This document shows, piece after piece, positions 55,951-64,000 of a stretch of 64,000 nucleotides of DNA. The notes under the pieces are model-generated. The model had not been told where the DNA came from. It did not search any database and was given only the letters and a program-made list of their open reading frames with translations. How positions within the stretch are numbered: the stretch's first letter is position 1; every line of letters starts with the position of its first letter. The DNA comes from an uncultured Methanosarcinaceae archaeon. Its GTDB lineage: Archaea > Halobacteriota > Methanosarcinia > Methanosarcinales > Methanosarcinaceae. The DNA is taken from contig CAWJYV010000002.1 of NCBI GenBank assembly GCA_963847185.1, forward strand, positions 32,001-96,000. Reading direction: 5' to 3'. A program made the translations under genes and the position numbers.

Positions 55951-56599
55951 CGTGGGACAAACCACACTATTTTTTAAAAAGAGTTAATTCTATAAATTAT
56001 TTTGCTATTTTTACACAGTTATAATTTAGATTTCAATCAAAAAACAGTATCATACAAAATTACTTGCCTTAATAAGTAAGAACTTCATGAGTTTAATATT
56101 AAAATAATGAAATAAATTAATTGCAAAGTTAGGGCTTTAAAAATATAATCTGTCATAATTATTCTTAAAAAAGTGGTAGTTATAAATTTGAACTTGAGAA
56201 CATAAAATAAAAAACAAGATCTAAAAGACTATAAAAAACAAGAAATAGAAGAGCATGAAAAAATCAAGATATAAAGGATATATATGCAGAAGTACAGAAT
56301 ACAGAATTTAAATTCTCCTGGTGGACTCTGCGGTCCTGGATACCTCATGTTTTACGATGCTGTTTTCATGTGCTTCTACACGCTTATAGTATACGGATCA
56401 GATTCTGAAACAATAAAATTATTTCTCTTTAATCCATTCAGTACTGCTTTTCTTTATGTTACGAGAGTGATCTCAAAATTGTATTTACCGAAAGTTATTT
56501 TTATATATAAAATTCATGAATTATAAAAGAAAATTATAGAAATCATTTTATAACCCATCATGGAATATTTTTCGTCACTGTCTGTTTACATAGATAACT

Positions 56600-57667
56600 T
56601 TACTTTGTTGCCCCTTTCCCTATAAATTGCCCAATGAAAAGATGGGAACCTTCTACTTTCACCATGGTTATAACAGTATTGTTTTTTGTGTCGATTACAG
56701 AGATAGTACCATCCACGTTCGCCACATATACCTTCGTTCCATCTGGTGTGACTGAAATTCCTCCCGAAGGACGGGTTCCTACAGGCACCGTGGCTATAAC
56801 AGTATTTGTGGCAGTGTCAATTACAGAGGTAGTATTGCTAAAGAAGTTGGCTACATACGCTTTTTTCCCATCTGGACTAACTGCAACTCCCCATGGCCAG
56901 GTTCCTACATCCACCGTGGCTGTAACATTGTTTGTAGATGTGTCAATTACAGAGGTAGTATTGCTAAAGAAGTTGGCTACATATGCTTTTTTCCCATCCG
57001 GACTAACTGCGATTCCCATTGGACTGGTGCCTACAGGCACCGCGGCCGTAATCTTGCTTGTTGCAGTGTCAATTACAAAAAGAGTGCTGTTTAAATTTAC
57101 ATATTCAATATAACCTGTGCTTGCCACGTACACCTTTGATCCATCCGGACTAACTGCAATTCCTGAAGGATAAATCCCTACATTCACTGTACCTGTAACA
57201 TTGTTGTTTGAGGTGTCAATTACAGAAACATTACTATTGCCGCTATTCGCCACATATACCTTCTTTCCTTTAGGATCGATTGCAACCCCAGATGGATTGG
57301 TTCCTACTTTCACCGTATCTATAACAGTATTGTTCTTTGTGTCAATTACAGAGACATCGTTACTGTTATTGTTCGCCACGTACACCTTTGATCCATCCGG
57401 ATTAACTGCAACTCCACAAGGATTGACTCCTACAGGCACTGTGGCTGTAACATTATTGTTTGCAATATCAATTACAGAGGTAGTGTTGTTGTCATAGTTA
57501 GGAATATATGCAAATGGCGCTGCACATGCTATATTTGCAAGTATTAAAAGCGTAACTAACACCATACATGAAATTCCTAGAAGAGCGCTCCCTCTGTATT
57601 TTTCGGTAAATGTCATTTCTTTTATTTTAAGACCCCTCATTTGGTGTTTGATATTATAATAAAACAT
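56600..57667 (-). CDS. YVTN-type beta-propeller secreted protein
   Basis: Signal peptide ending ACAAPFAYI; repeats of type GVAVxPDGxKVYVAN; two near-identical adjacent blades. The true start is probably 57640 or 57616. Confidence 0.9.
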   Translation of the reverse strand: MFYYNIKHQMRGLKIKEMTFTEKYRGSALLGISCMVLVTLLILANIACAAPFAYIPNYDNNTTSVIDIANNNVTATVPVGVNPCGVAVNPDGSKVYVANNNSNDVSVIDTKNNTVIDTVKVGTNPSGVAIDPKGKKVYVANSGNSNVSVIDTSNNNVTGTVNVGIYPSGIAVSPDGSKVYVASTGYIEYVNLNSTLFVIDTATSKITAAVPVGTSPMGIAVSPDGKKAYVANFFSNTTSVIDTSTNNVTATVDVGTWPWGVAVSPDGKKAYVANFFSNTTSVIDTATNTVIATVPVGTRPSGGISVTPDGTKVYVANVDGTISVIDTKNNTVITMVKVEGSHLFIGQFIGKGATK

Positions 57668-58165
57668 ATATATTGATAAATAAATAGATATACATTTAAT
57701 ATTAAAAAGAATTCAAATAAAAAGGGAGCTTTTCTAAATGTTACTCTATTCACCATAATAACCTTTTAGCTCTCAAAATATCCTCAAACTTTGAAAAGTA
57801 CTGGATCCATCAAACAAGCATTTAAGCTTAAAAGGCAGGCTATTAAAATATAAAGCGTTTATTTTCCTTTTTATATAAGCACAAAAAATTAAGTTTTAGG
57901 TAAAGTATAGCTTTCCTATGGATAACGCTTGGAACATATCCGAAAAGAATAGTAATGGTTTATTATAAAAGTTACAGAAGTTCTGTAAAGATTTGTAATA
58001 CAGATTTTTTTGTGGTCATCTGTATTGTCTATTTTAAATGAGTATGGATCAGGACATTTTTTGCATGGATCCATAATGTATCGTAATCAAAGAAAAAAGT
58101 GATAGCAACTAAGTTCTTGGTATGTATCCTGAATTCTAGCCATTTCTTATATTACGTTTGCTATT

Positions 58166-58213
58166 TTATATTATTATTATTATTATATTATTATAATTAT
58201 TATTATTATTTAT
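58166..58213. repeat. Imperfect (TTA)n microsatellite
   Basis: ttatattattattattattatattattataattattattattatttat upstream of the M13 peptidase gene. Confidence 0.85.
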
Positions 58214-58339
58214 TTCTTTTCGAATGTGGATTTCTCGGGAAAGGTCATTAACACAGCAATCTTCCTACCTTAACGAATGTTTTGAGTAATCAAATGAATG
58301 CTGCAACTAAAGACTATAAAGTAGTAGGAGTGAGGGAGC

Positions 58340-60418
58340 ATGGACAAGAAGGGAGTAATTTATTTATTCGCCCTTAGTATCGCACTAATTAACGCTTTAA
58401 CCTTTGTGGCTTTTGGTTCTTTTGAAACTTCGATGAACAATACGAGCACTTCCGGATATGAGAACGGATTCGATCCTGGGAGCATGAATCTCTCAGTAAA
58501 ACCGGGAGACGACTTCTATGAGTATGCTGACGGATCCTGGATAAAAAGCCATCCGGTACCTGCGGACAAATCCAGATATTCTGAATTCGATATAGTAGGT
58601 GACAGAACCGAAGATCGCATTAAAGAAATCGTGGAGAGCGCAGCCAACAATACTTCTGCCCCGGAGGGAAGTCTTGAGCAGAAAATTGGTGAGTTTTACC
58701 GTGTTGGAATGGATAATGCCACCAGGGATAAGCAGCGTCTGGATCCTATCAAAGACAAATTGATGCTGATAGACACCATCTCCAACTCTTCTGATGTCCA
58801 AGCCGTATCAACGCAAATGCTGGATTATGGCATAAATCCCTTATTCTCTATGCGCGCCGTACCAGACAAGAAGAACAGTAAAGTCATAATCGTCTCCCTC
58901 GTTCAGGGAGGTCTGGGTCTTCCGGATAGAGATCTATATTTCAGACAGGACAACGTATCTAACATGACCAGAGAGATATACTTAGCTCACATAGCCAAGA
59001 TGTTCGTCTATCTGGGAGATAGCCCAAAGGTTGCTGAGGATAATGCCAAGACCGTGATGAGGATAGAGATGAGGCTTGCCAACGCATCCTTCAACAACGT
59101 AGAAGAAAATGATGTAGTCAAAACGTACAACAAAATGAGCCTTGATGAGCTTCAGGCTTTTGCCCCGGGCATTAACTGGTTCCGGCTCTTCAGTGACCTG
59201 GGTCACCCTGATGTAGTTGAGGTGAATGTAAGAACCCCGTCTTTCTTTAAGGAGCTGAGTACAGCCCTTCAGGACGAGAGTGTAGCTGACTGGAAGACCT
59301 TCCTGCGCTGGAAACTGATTTTTGCCACATCCCCTTATCTCAGCTCCGACCTGGAGGAGGAGCATTTTAGAGTCACAATGAAAACTCTCAATCAGACAAT
59401 GCAGCCCCGCTGGAAGAGAGTTATCGATGTGGAAAACCGCGCCATGGGTGAGGCAATAGGTCATATCTATGTGGATAGGTATTTTGATCCAAGCACCAAG
59501 GATAGAATGCAGGAGATAGTATCTAACCTGAAGAAGGCCTACAGAGAGAGAATTCAAAACCTTACGTGGATGGAGCCTGAAACCAAGCAGAGAGCCCTCG
59601 AGAAGCTTGAAGTCCTCGAGGTTCAAGTGGGCTACCCAGATGAATGGCTGAATTATTCGGATCTTGAAGTGAAAAATGATTCATATGTAAATAATACCTT
59701 TAGGGCCTCTAAATTCTATTTCCACCATGGTCCCATCGGCCTGGATAGGATAGGCAAGCCTGTAAATCGCAAGCTCTGGTTAATGAGCCCCCAGGAAACT
59801 AACGCCTATGCTTATCAAAGAGAGATAATTACAACCTTCCCGGCGGGCATTCTCCAGCCTCCCTTTTTAGATAAAGATGCCGATGATGCAGTCAGCTACG
59901 GTTCCATAGGTTTCATTATAGGACATGAAATGACTCACCATTTCGATAGTCAGGGAAGGAAATTCGATGCAAGTGGCAATTTGACTGATTGGTGGACACA
60001 AAAGGATGAAGATAATTTCAACAATAGCACGGGAATTCTGGTGGATGAGTACAACAAATTCGAAGTTCTTCCCGGCCTACACATCAACGGCAACCTGACC
60101 CTGACAGAGAACATAGCAGATTTTGGGGGAGTGACAATAGCCTACCACGCCTATAAACTCTCGTCAAAAGGAGAGCCGGAAACGACCGATGGATTCACTG
60201 GAGATCAGAGGTTTTTCTTAAGCTTCGCCCAGGTCTGGAGGGAATCGGACACTGAAGGATACTTGTGGACAGAAGTGCTGACCGAGCCCCACTCACCTTC
60301 CAAGTACAGGGTCAACGGAGTAGTTTTTAACATGCCTGAGTTTTACAAGGCATTCCCTAACGTGAAGCCTGGAGACAAACTATACAAGCCTGAGAGTGAG
60401 AGGCCTGTTATCTGGTAG
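58340..60418 (+). CDS. Secreted M13 (neprilysin/PepO-like) zinc endopeptidase
   Basis: Motifs PGDDFYEYA, NAY, FPAGILQPP, GHEMTHHFD, ENIADFGG and HSPSKYRVNG; signal peptide. Confidence 0.95.
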   Translation: MDKKGVIYLFALSIALINALTFVAFGSFETSMNNTSTSGYENGFDPGSMNLSVKPGDDFYEYADGSWIKSHPVPADKSRYSEFDIVGDRTEDRIKEIVESAANNTSAPEGSLEQKIGEFYRVGMDNATRDKQRLDPIKDKLMLIDTISNSSDVQAVSTQMLDYGINPLFSMRAVPDKKNSKVIIVSLVQGGLGLPDRDLYFRQDNVSNMTREIYLAHIAKMFVYLGDSPKVAEDNAKTVMRIEMRLANASFNNVEENDVVKTYNKMSLDELQAFAPGINWFRLFSDLGHPDVVEVNVRTPSFFKELSTALQDESVADWKTFLRWKLIFATSPYLSSDLEEEHFRVTMKTLNQTMQPRWKRVIDVENRAMGEAIGHIYVDRYFDPSTKDRMQEIVSNLKKAYRERIQNLTWMEPETKQRALEKLEVLEVQVGYPDEWLNYSDLEVKNDSYVNNTFRASKFYFHHGPIGLDRIGKPVNRKLWLMSPQETNAYAYQREIITTFPAGILQPPFLDKDADDAVSYGSIGFIIGHEMTHHFDSQGRKFDASGNLTDWWTQKDEDNFNNSTGILVDEYNKFEVLPGLHINGNLTLTENIADFGGVTIAYHAYKLSSKGEPETTDGFTGDQRFFLSFAQVWRESDTEGYLWTEVLTEPHSPSKYRVNGVVFNMPEFYKAFPNVKPGDKLYKPESERPVIW

Positions 60419-60739
60419 AGTTAATGGAAAAACAAGAACAGAAAAAGGGATATTATAAGGAGGGGGCAATGGCTCCGAAGCCTTTTTATTATCTCAAATA
60501 ATCATTTTTCTATTTATGTATCGTGTACGGAAAAAATAACACTGACTGGATGTTAAGGGTATTTCACTGAAATATTGGTATTTCTGTTCAATTATCTAAA
60601 AAGACCTTTACCTTGTAAAGGATACTTTATTTCTATAAAAAAGGGAAAATAAAAGAAGATCCAAATTTTTTTGAAATCTTTCGTGAAAACTATAAACAAT
60701 ATAGAGCATTATATTTAGGACTATTAAAAAGTTTTTAAG

Positions 60740-60811
60740 TGGACTCGGCGGGATTTGAACCCGCGGCCTTTACGTTGCGAACGTAACGATCTTCCCCTGA
60801 TCTACGAGCCC
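60740..60811 (-). tRNA. tRNA-Ala(CGC)
   Basis: Minus-strand sequence GGGCTCGTAGATCAGGGGAAGATCGTTACGTTCGCAACGTAAAGGCCGCGGGTTCAAATCCCGCCGAGTCCA, with G3:U70 and anticodon CGC. Confidence 0.96.
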
Positions 60812-60873
60812 TTTAAAAAAAAGAGACGTAAAAGATAGTTTTCCCGGACAAATGCCCGGTCACCTTTTCCTCC

Positions 60874-61143
60874 TTAAATGCGGTAGGATTCCAGAACAAG
60901 AACGTTCTCTACGCCCGGAACTTTTGCAAATACCTCTTCTACAACTTCAGATCCGCCTTCTTCGTCGTTAACTATTAATGTCACGATAAGAGCTTTCAAT
61001 CCAAAAGCGATAGGTTCTTCAACGATGTCTCCGTGAAGATCGGCTCCTGCCGGAATTACGTTCTTGAGTTTTTCTTTCAGTTCTACAAGGTCGGTATCAA
61101 CGCTTTCTGGCATGATTTTGATTTTTGTTGCAACGTCACCCAT
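60874..61143 (-). CDS. ef1b: Translation elongation factor aEF-1beta
   Basis: MGDVATKIKIMPES...EEPIAFGLKAL. Confidence 0.95.
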   Translation of the reverse strand: MGDVATKIKIMPESVDTDLVELKEKLKNVIPAGADLHGDIVEEPIAFGLKALIVTLIVNDEEGGSEVVEEVFAKVPGVENVLVLESYRI

Positions 61144-61252
61144 TATTAATTCCTCTTTATTTTTATGATCCTCTTGATCAAATTTATTTCAGATTTCCGG
61201 TAGTATCTCAATGATTCAAGATCTATCTCAGGGATTCAAGATCTGCCTGAAA

Positions 61253-61423
61253 TCAGGGAGCTTTGTAGCCGCACTTGGGGCAGGTATATATGTTACCCTG
61301 CTGTCTGCAGCTTGCACATCTTCCGACTTCTGATCCACACTGAGAACAGGGGAACTTTACATAGCCTTCTTCTACAAGGCGAATTCCACATGAAGTACAG
61401 TATTCAACTTTTTGTGATGACAT
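61253..61423 (-). CDS. Small archaeal zinc-finger protein (HVO_2753/DUF1610-like)
   Basis: Four CxxC motifs (CTSC, CSQC, CASC, CPKC); usual position upstream of ef1b. Confidence 0.88.
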   Translation of the reverse strand: MSSQKVEYCTSCGIRLVEEGYVKFPCSQCGSEVGRCASCRQQGNIYTCPKCGYKAP

Positions 61424-61622
61424 TCTTTTTCTCCTTAAAGTTATTTGATATAGCAATTGAATGAGTTATCAGTGAATAAGGTGCTTTCCCGAAGCATTGA
61501 TTTTCCGTCTTCCGAGCACCTTTAATAACAGTATCAGATTTAATAAGCTGAATTTAAACGATGCTTTTTAGATACGCTTTACATACGCTTTGCTTCTTTC
61601 CTAGTCATATACGATATACGAT

Positions 61623-62291
61623 TTAAATATTCCCCTTTACCACTGTACCAAGCACAGGCTTACCATACACTGCCTGAATCACTCTTTCGGGAAATTTCCC
61701 ATTTACAATTAAGCACTCAATTTTGTTTTTCAGAAGAAACTGAGGAAGGACATGGTCAATGCAGCTTGAACAGCTTCCTGTAATATTGGAAGCAGAAATC
61801 TCTCTGACCAGCTCTCCTTCTCTTAATATTCCATCTACATCCGTAGCCTTTACAAAGATCGCACCGAGCTGCACCGCCACCCAGGCTGCAATAGTGTCAG
61901 ATGTCACATCCCATGAATGAGGTAAAGGATCTCTGGTTTTAAGAAGCCTGTAAGGAAAAAGGATAGAAACGCCCTGAGCCAGGTCCGCTATTGACTCCGT
62001 CGCTAAAGCCCTGCTTTTGTCCAGGAGATAGCAGGCGTACTGCTCCATCCCAAGTATAGCCATCCAGTGAGCTGCGTCGGCTCCGAGAGAATACATTTCG
62101 TCAGTTTCTCTTACGGCGTCAGCAAAAATTCCCCCTCCGGGCACAATGAGGACAGAGAAAGGCAGTCTTCCAGAAGCCCCAACTTCCTCAACAAAGGTAG
62201 GACTCTCTGAACCAAATTCTTTTACCAGCCTGCCCACAAGTTCAGGCGCTTCTTTGATTAAGCTCCCTCCTATTTTGACTACCACTTTCAT
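61623..62291 (-). CDS. mfnE: Amino-acid-kinase family protein, methanofuran biosynthesis kinase
   Basis: Motifs VVKIGGSL, VPGGGIFADAVR, AHWMAI, SWDVTSD and TDVDG; clustered with mfnF and mfnD. Confidence 0.8.
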   Translation of the reverse strand: MKVVVKIGGSLIKEAPELVGRLVKEFGSESPTFVEEVGASGRLPFSVLIVPGGGIFADAVRETDEMYSLGADAAHWMAILGMEQYACYLLDKSRALATESIADLAQGVSILFPYRLLKTRDPLPHSWDVTSDTIAAWVAVQLGAIFVKATDVDGILREGELVREISASNITGSCSSCIDHVLPQFLLKNKIECLIVNGKFPERVIQAVYGKPVLGTVVKGNI

Positions 62292-62360
62292 AATTTTTCC
62301 TTTTCAGGCTTTTAATTACTAATATTTTCACTATTCTTTTCGTCATCAGGAACTGGAATT

Positions 62361-63335
62361 TCAGGCATCCAGAAGCCGGGCAGCAGCATATGCTGGAAAA
62401 ACCTTTGAAATCTCTTCTCCCCATTGCTCGGAAACCGAGATGAATTCAAAACCGAGTCTTTCTGCGGCCTCTTTTATCAAAAATTCTCCAAGGCCTGCAG
62501 CTGCAATTCTTTTAAGCCCGTTTCTTTCCGCAACTTCAAAAATCGCTTTAACAAGGACAGAAATCTGTTTATCCTTTACCTGGCATGCTATCTCATATAT
62601 TTCTTCTTCTGTGATTTCTGAAAGATCTGCGCAGACAAGCCTGGCAATCCTTCGCATTGCGTCCGTTTTGCTCCTGCCTGCCCCGTCAGCAGTTTCACAG
62701 GTGTACATATCTTCATTGATTTTGCCAAGTAAAAGATAAGCATCTGCAGTTGTTGCAAAGAGCTCTGAAGCAGTTCTGCACCAGCCGTTTTCGAGCTTCA
62801 CTTTTTCTAAAAGTACGGCAAGGTTTGTCCTGAGGGTGCCTGCATATACAAGTTCACTCCTGTTCAGGCGTTTAAAGTCCGTAAAGCTGGCTTTGTGCTC
62901 CCCTGAAATAATAGGGATAATATCACTTGTAGTACTGCCTACGTCTACAAAGATACAATCTCCCATATCTTTTTCTACCAGTCTGGCTGAAGCTGCCCAG
63001 TTAGCGGCTGCAAGTTCTCTTATGTTGTCAGTTCCGCACTGGAACTTCCCCATATTGTTTACATACGAAACTTTAGAAGAGCCAAACGCAGAATCAACAG
63101 CCTCTATTATAAACCGGATTCCCTGCTCTTTGTTCTCAAAGCAGTCTGCAAGTTCCCCGGTCATGACAACGGCAACCTTTTCAGGGTGAAGTCTCTGTGC
63201 TATTTCCTTTAAGACTTCAGGAAGTCGGGTATCCTTCCAGAGGGGCAGGTAGTGCAGTTCGACAAGTGTTCCGTCCGAGGAGGCAAGCTTAGTGTTTGCT
63301 CCCCCAATATCAAGCCCGATGACTTTAGAATTCAT
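62361..63335 (-). CDS. mfnF: Hydantoinase A-like methanofuran biosynthesis enzyme
   Basis: Motifs GLDIGGANTK, MTGELADCF, AAANW, DVGSTTSDIIPI and TADGA. Confidence 0.85.
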   Translation of the reverse strand: MNSKVIGLDIGGANTKLASSDGTLVELHYLPLWKDTRLPEVLKEIAQRLHPEKVAVVMTGELADCFENKEQGIRFIIEAVDSAFGSSKVSYVNNMGKFQCGTDNIRELAAANWAASARLVEKDMGDCIFVDVGSTTSDIIPIISGEHKASFTDFKRLNRSELVYAGTLRTNLAVLLEKVKLENGWCRTASELFATTADAYLLLGKINEDMYTCETADGAGRSKTDAMRRIARLVCADLSEITEEEIYEIACQVKDKQISVLVKAIFEVAERNGLKRIAAAGLGEFLIKEAAERLGFEFISVSEQWGEEISKVFPAYAAARLLDA

Positions 63336-63413
63336 TTTTATTCTTCCCTCAGAGTATTTTTCAGTTTCTCAGTTCATCCTCATTTTTCTGTTTACTTCCT
63401 ATCTTCATGGATT

Positions 63414-64000
63414 TTAGTGTCCGAAAAGTTCCCCCAGTGCATCTTTTGAAAAGCGGTATTCTCCATCAAGATTTATAGAGTCAGGAAGTTCTCCGAATTT
63501 ATTTCTCAAAAGCAGGTCCCCTATCTCCTCTCGCATAACATGGCTGATCCCGAAAAGTGAGGCTGTAGGTCTGGGATTTACGTCCACTACATAAGGAAAA
63601 TCAGCAAATACAATATCTACGCCAACATATCCGGAACAATTCAGGCATTCCACTGTAGAAATTGCAGTTTTGTAAAGTTCTTCTCTCCAGGGAGTTTGAT
63701 AAGGAGTGAGACTTCCATTGTATTTTACGCCGGAAACTGATGTTTTTTTCTCAGGCCCATCGGTTTCACTTTCTTCCTGCTCAAACTCTATGAACTGACG
63801 ATTTACCGTGAGTGGAAGCGATTTTTTCCCAGAAATGAGGCTTACGCTGAGGTGCTCTCCTTCAATATATTCGCTTGCAATAAATTCTTTATTGCTCATG
63901 AATTCAGTGACAAGATGCGTTGCCTCTGCTCCACAGCCAAATCTGGGTTTGGTAACATACTTTTTACCTTCCTCAGGCTCTTCCGCGATTTCAGGAACTT
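63414..64000 (-). CDS. mfnD: ATP-grasp tyramine-L-glutamate ligase; 5' end outside the window
   Basis: Motifs YVTKPRFGCGAE, EYIEGEHLSVS, GYVGVD and DVNPRPTAS; the frame is open to the window edge. Confidence 0.8.
   Translation of the reverse strand, partial: VPEIAEEPEEGKKYVTKPRFGCGAEATHLVTEFMSNKEFIASEYIEGEHLSVSLISGKKSLPLTVNRQFIEFEQEESETDGPEKKTSVSGVKYNGSLTPYQTPWREELYKTAISTVECLNCSGYVGVDIVFADFPYVVDVNPRPTASLFGISHVMREEIGDLLLRNKFGELPDSINLDGEYRFSKDALGELFGH

Noticed and set aside
56284-56526. 80-aa plus-strand ORF
   Set aside because: No RBS or motif, in an AT-rich spacer; probably spurious.
56800-57020. Near-identical repeat pair in the YVTN gene considered as a DGR template/variable repeat
   Set aside because: Both copies are in-frame propeller blades, the differences are not adenine-specific, and no RT gene is present.

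Overview
This window is from an archaeal chromosome, almost certainly Methanosarcina, judged from gene content, the PGF-CTERM and YVTN surface proteins, the methanofuran genes and long AT-rich intergenic spacers. Core genes are pepF (partial), pdxT/pdxS, sod, copZ/copA, hom, lig, engB, a DHH phosphoesterase, a Nif3-like protein, thiI, tRNA-Ala(CGC), aEF-1beta and mfnE/mfnF/mfnD (partial). Two accessory regions interrupt them. The first (about 11.6-20.5 kb) holds an HD + Hsp90-like ATPase gene, a MITE, a secreted Met/Cys/His-rich repeat protein, His-rich membrane proteins and an AT-rich tRNA-Cys(GCA) that the ORF track misses. The second (about 33.5-43.3 kb) looks like two related elements stacked at the DHH-engB junction, each bounded by a copy of the DHH 3' end. 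Their cargo is virus-like small ORFs, a YVTN propeller, an IS1634-like remnant and a 1412-aa HD-REase-NACHT-pentapeptide-WD40 protein resembling NLR/STAND immune receptors. Many genes are split by single-base indels in short homopolymers, so several apparent pseudogenes are probably sequencing errors. All calls come from reading the sequence by eye; no database searches were run.
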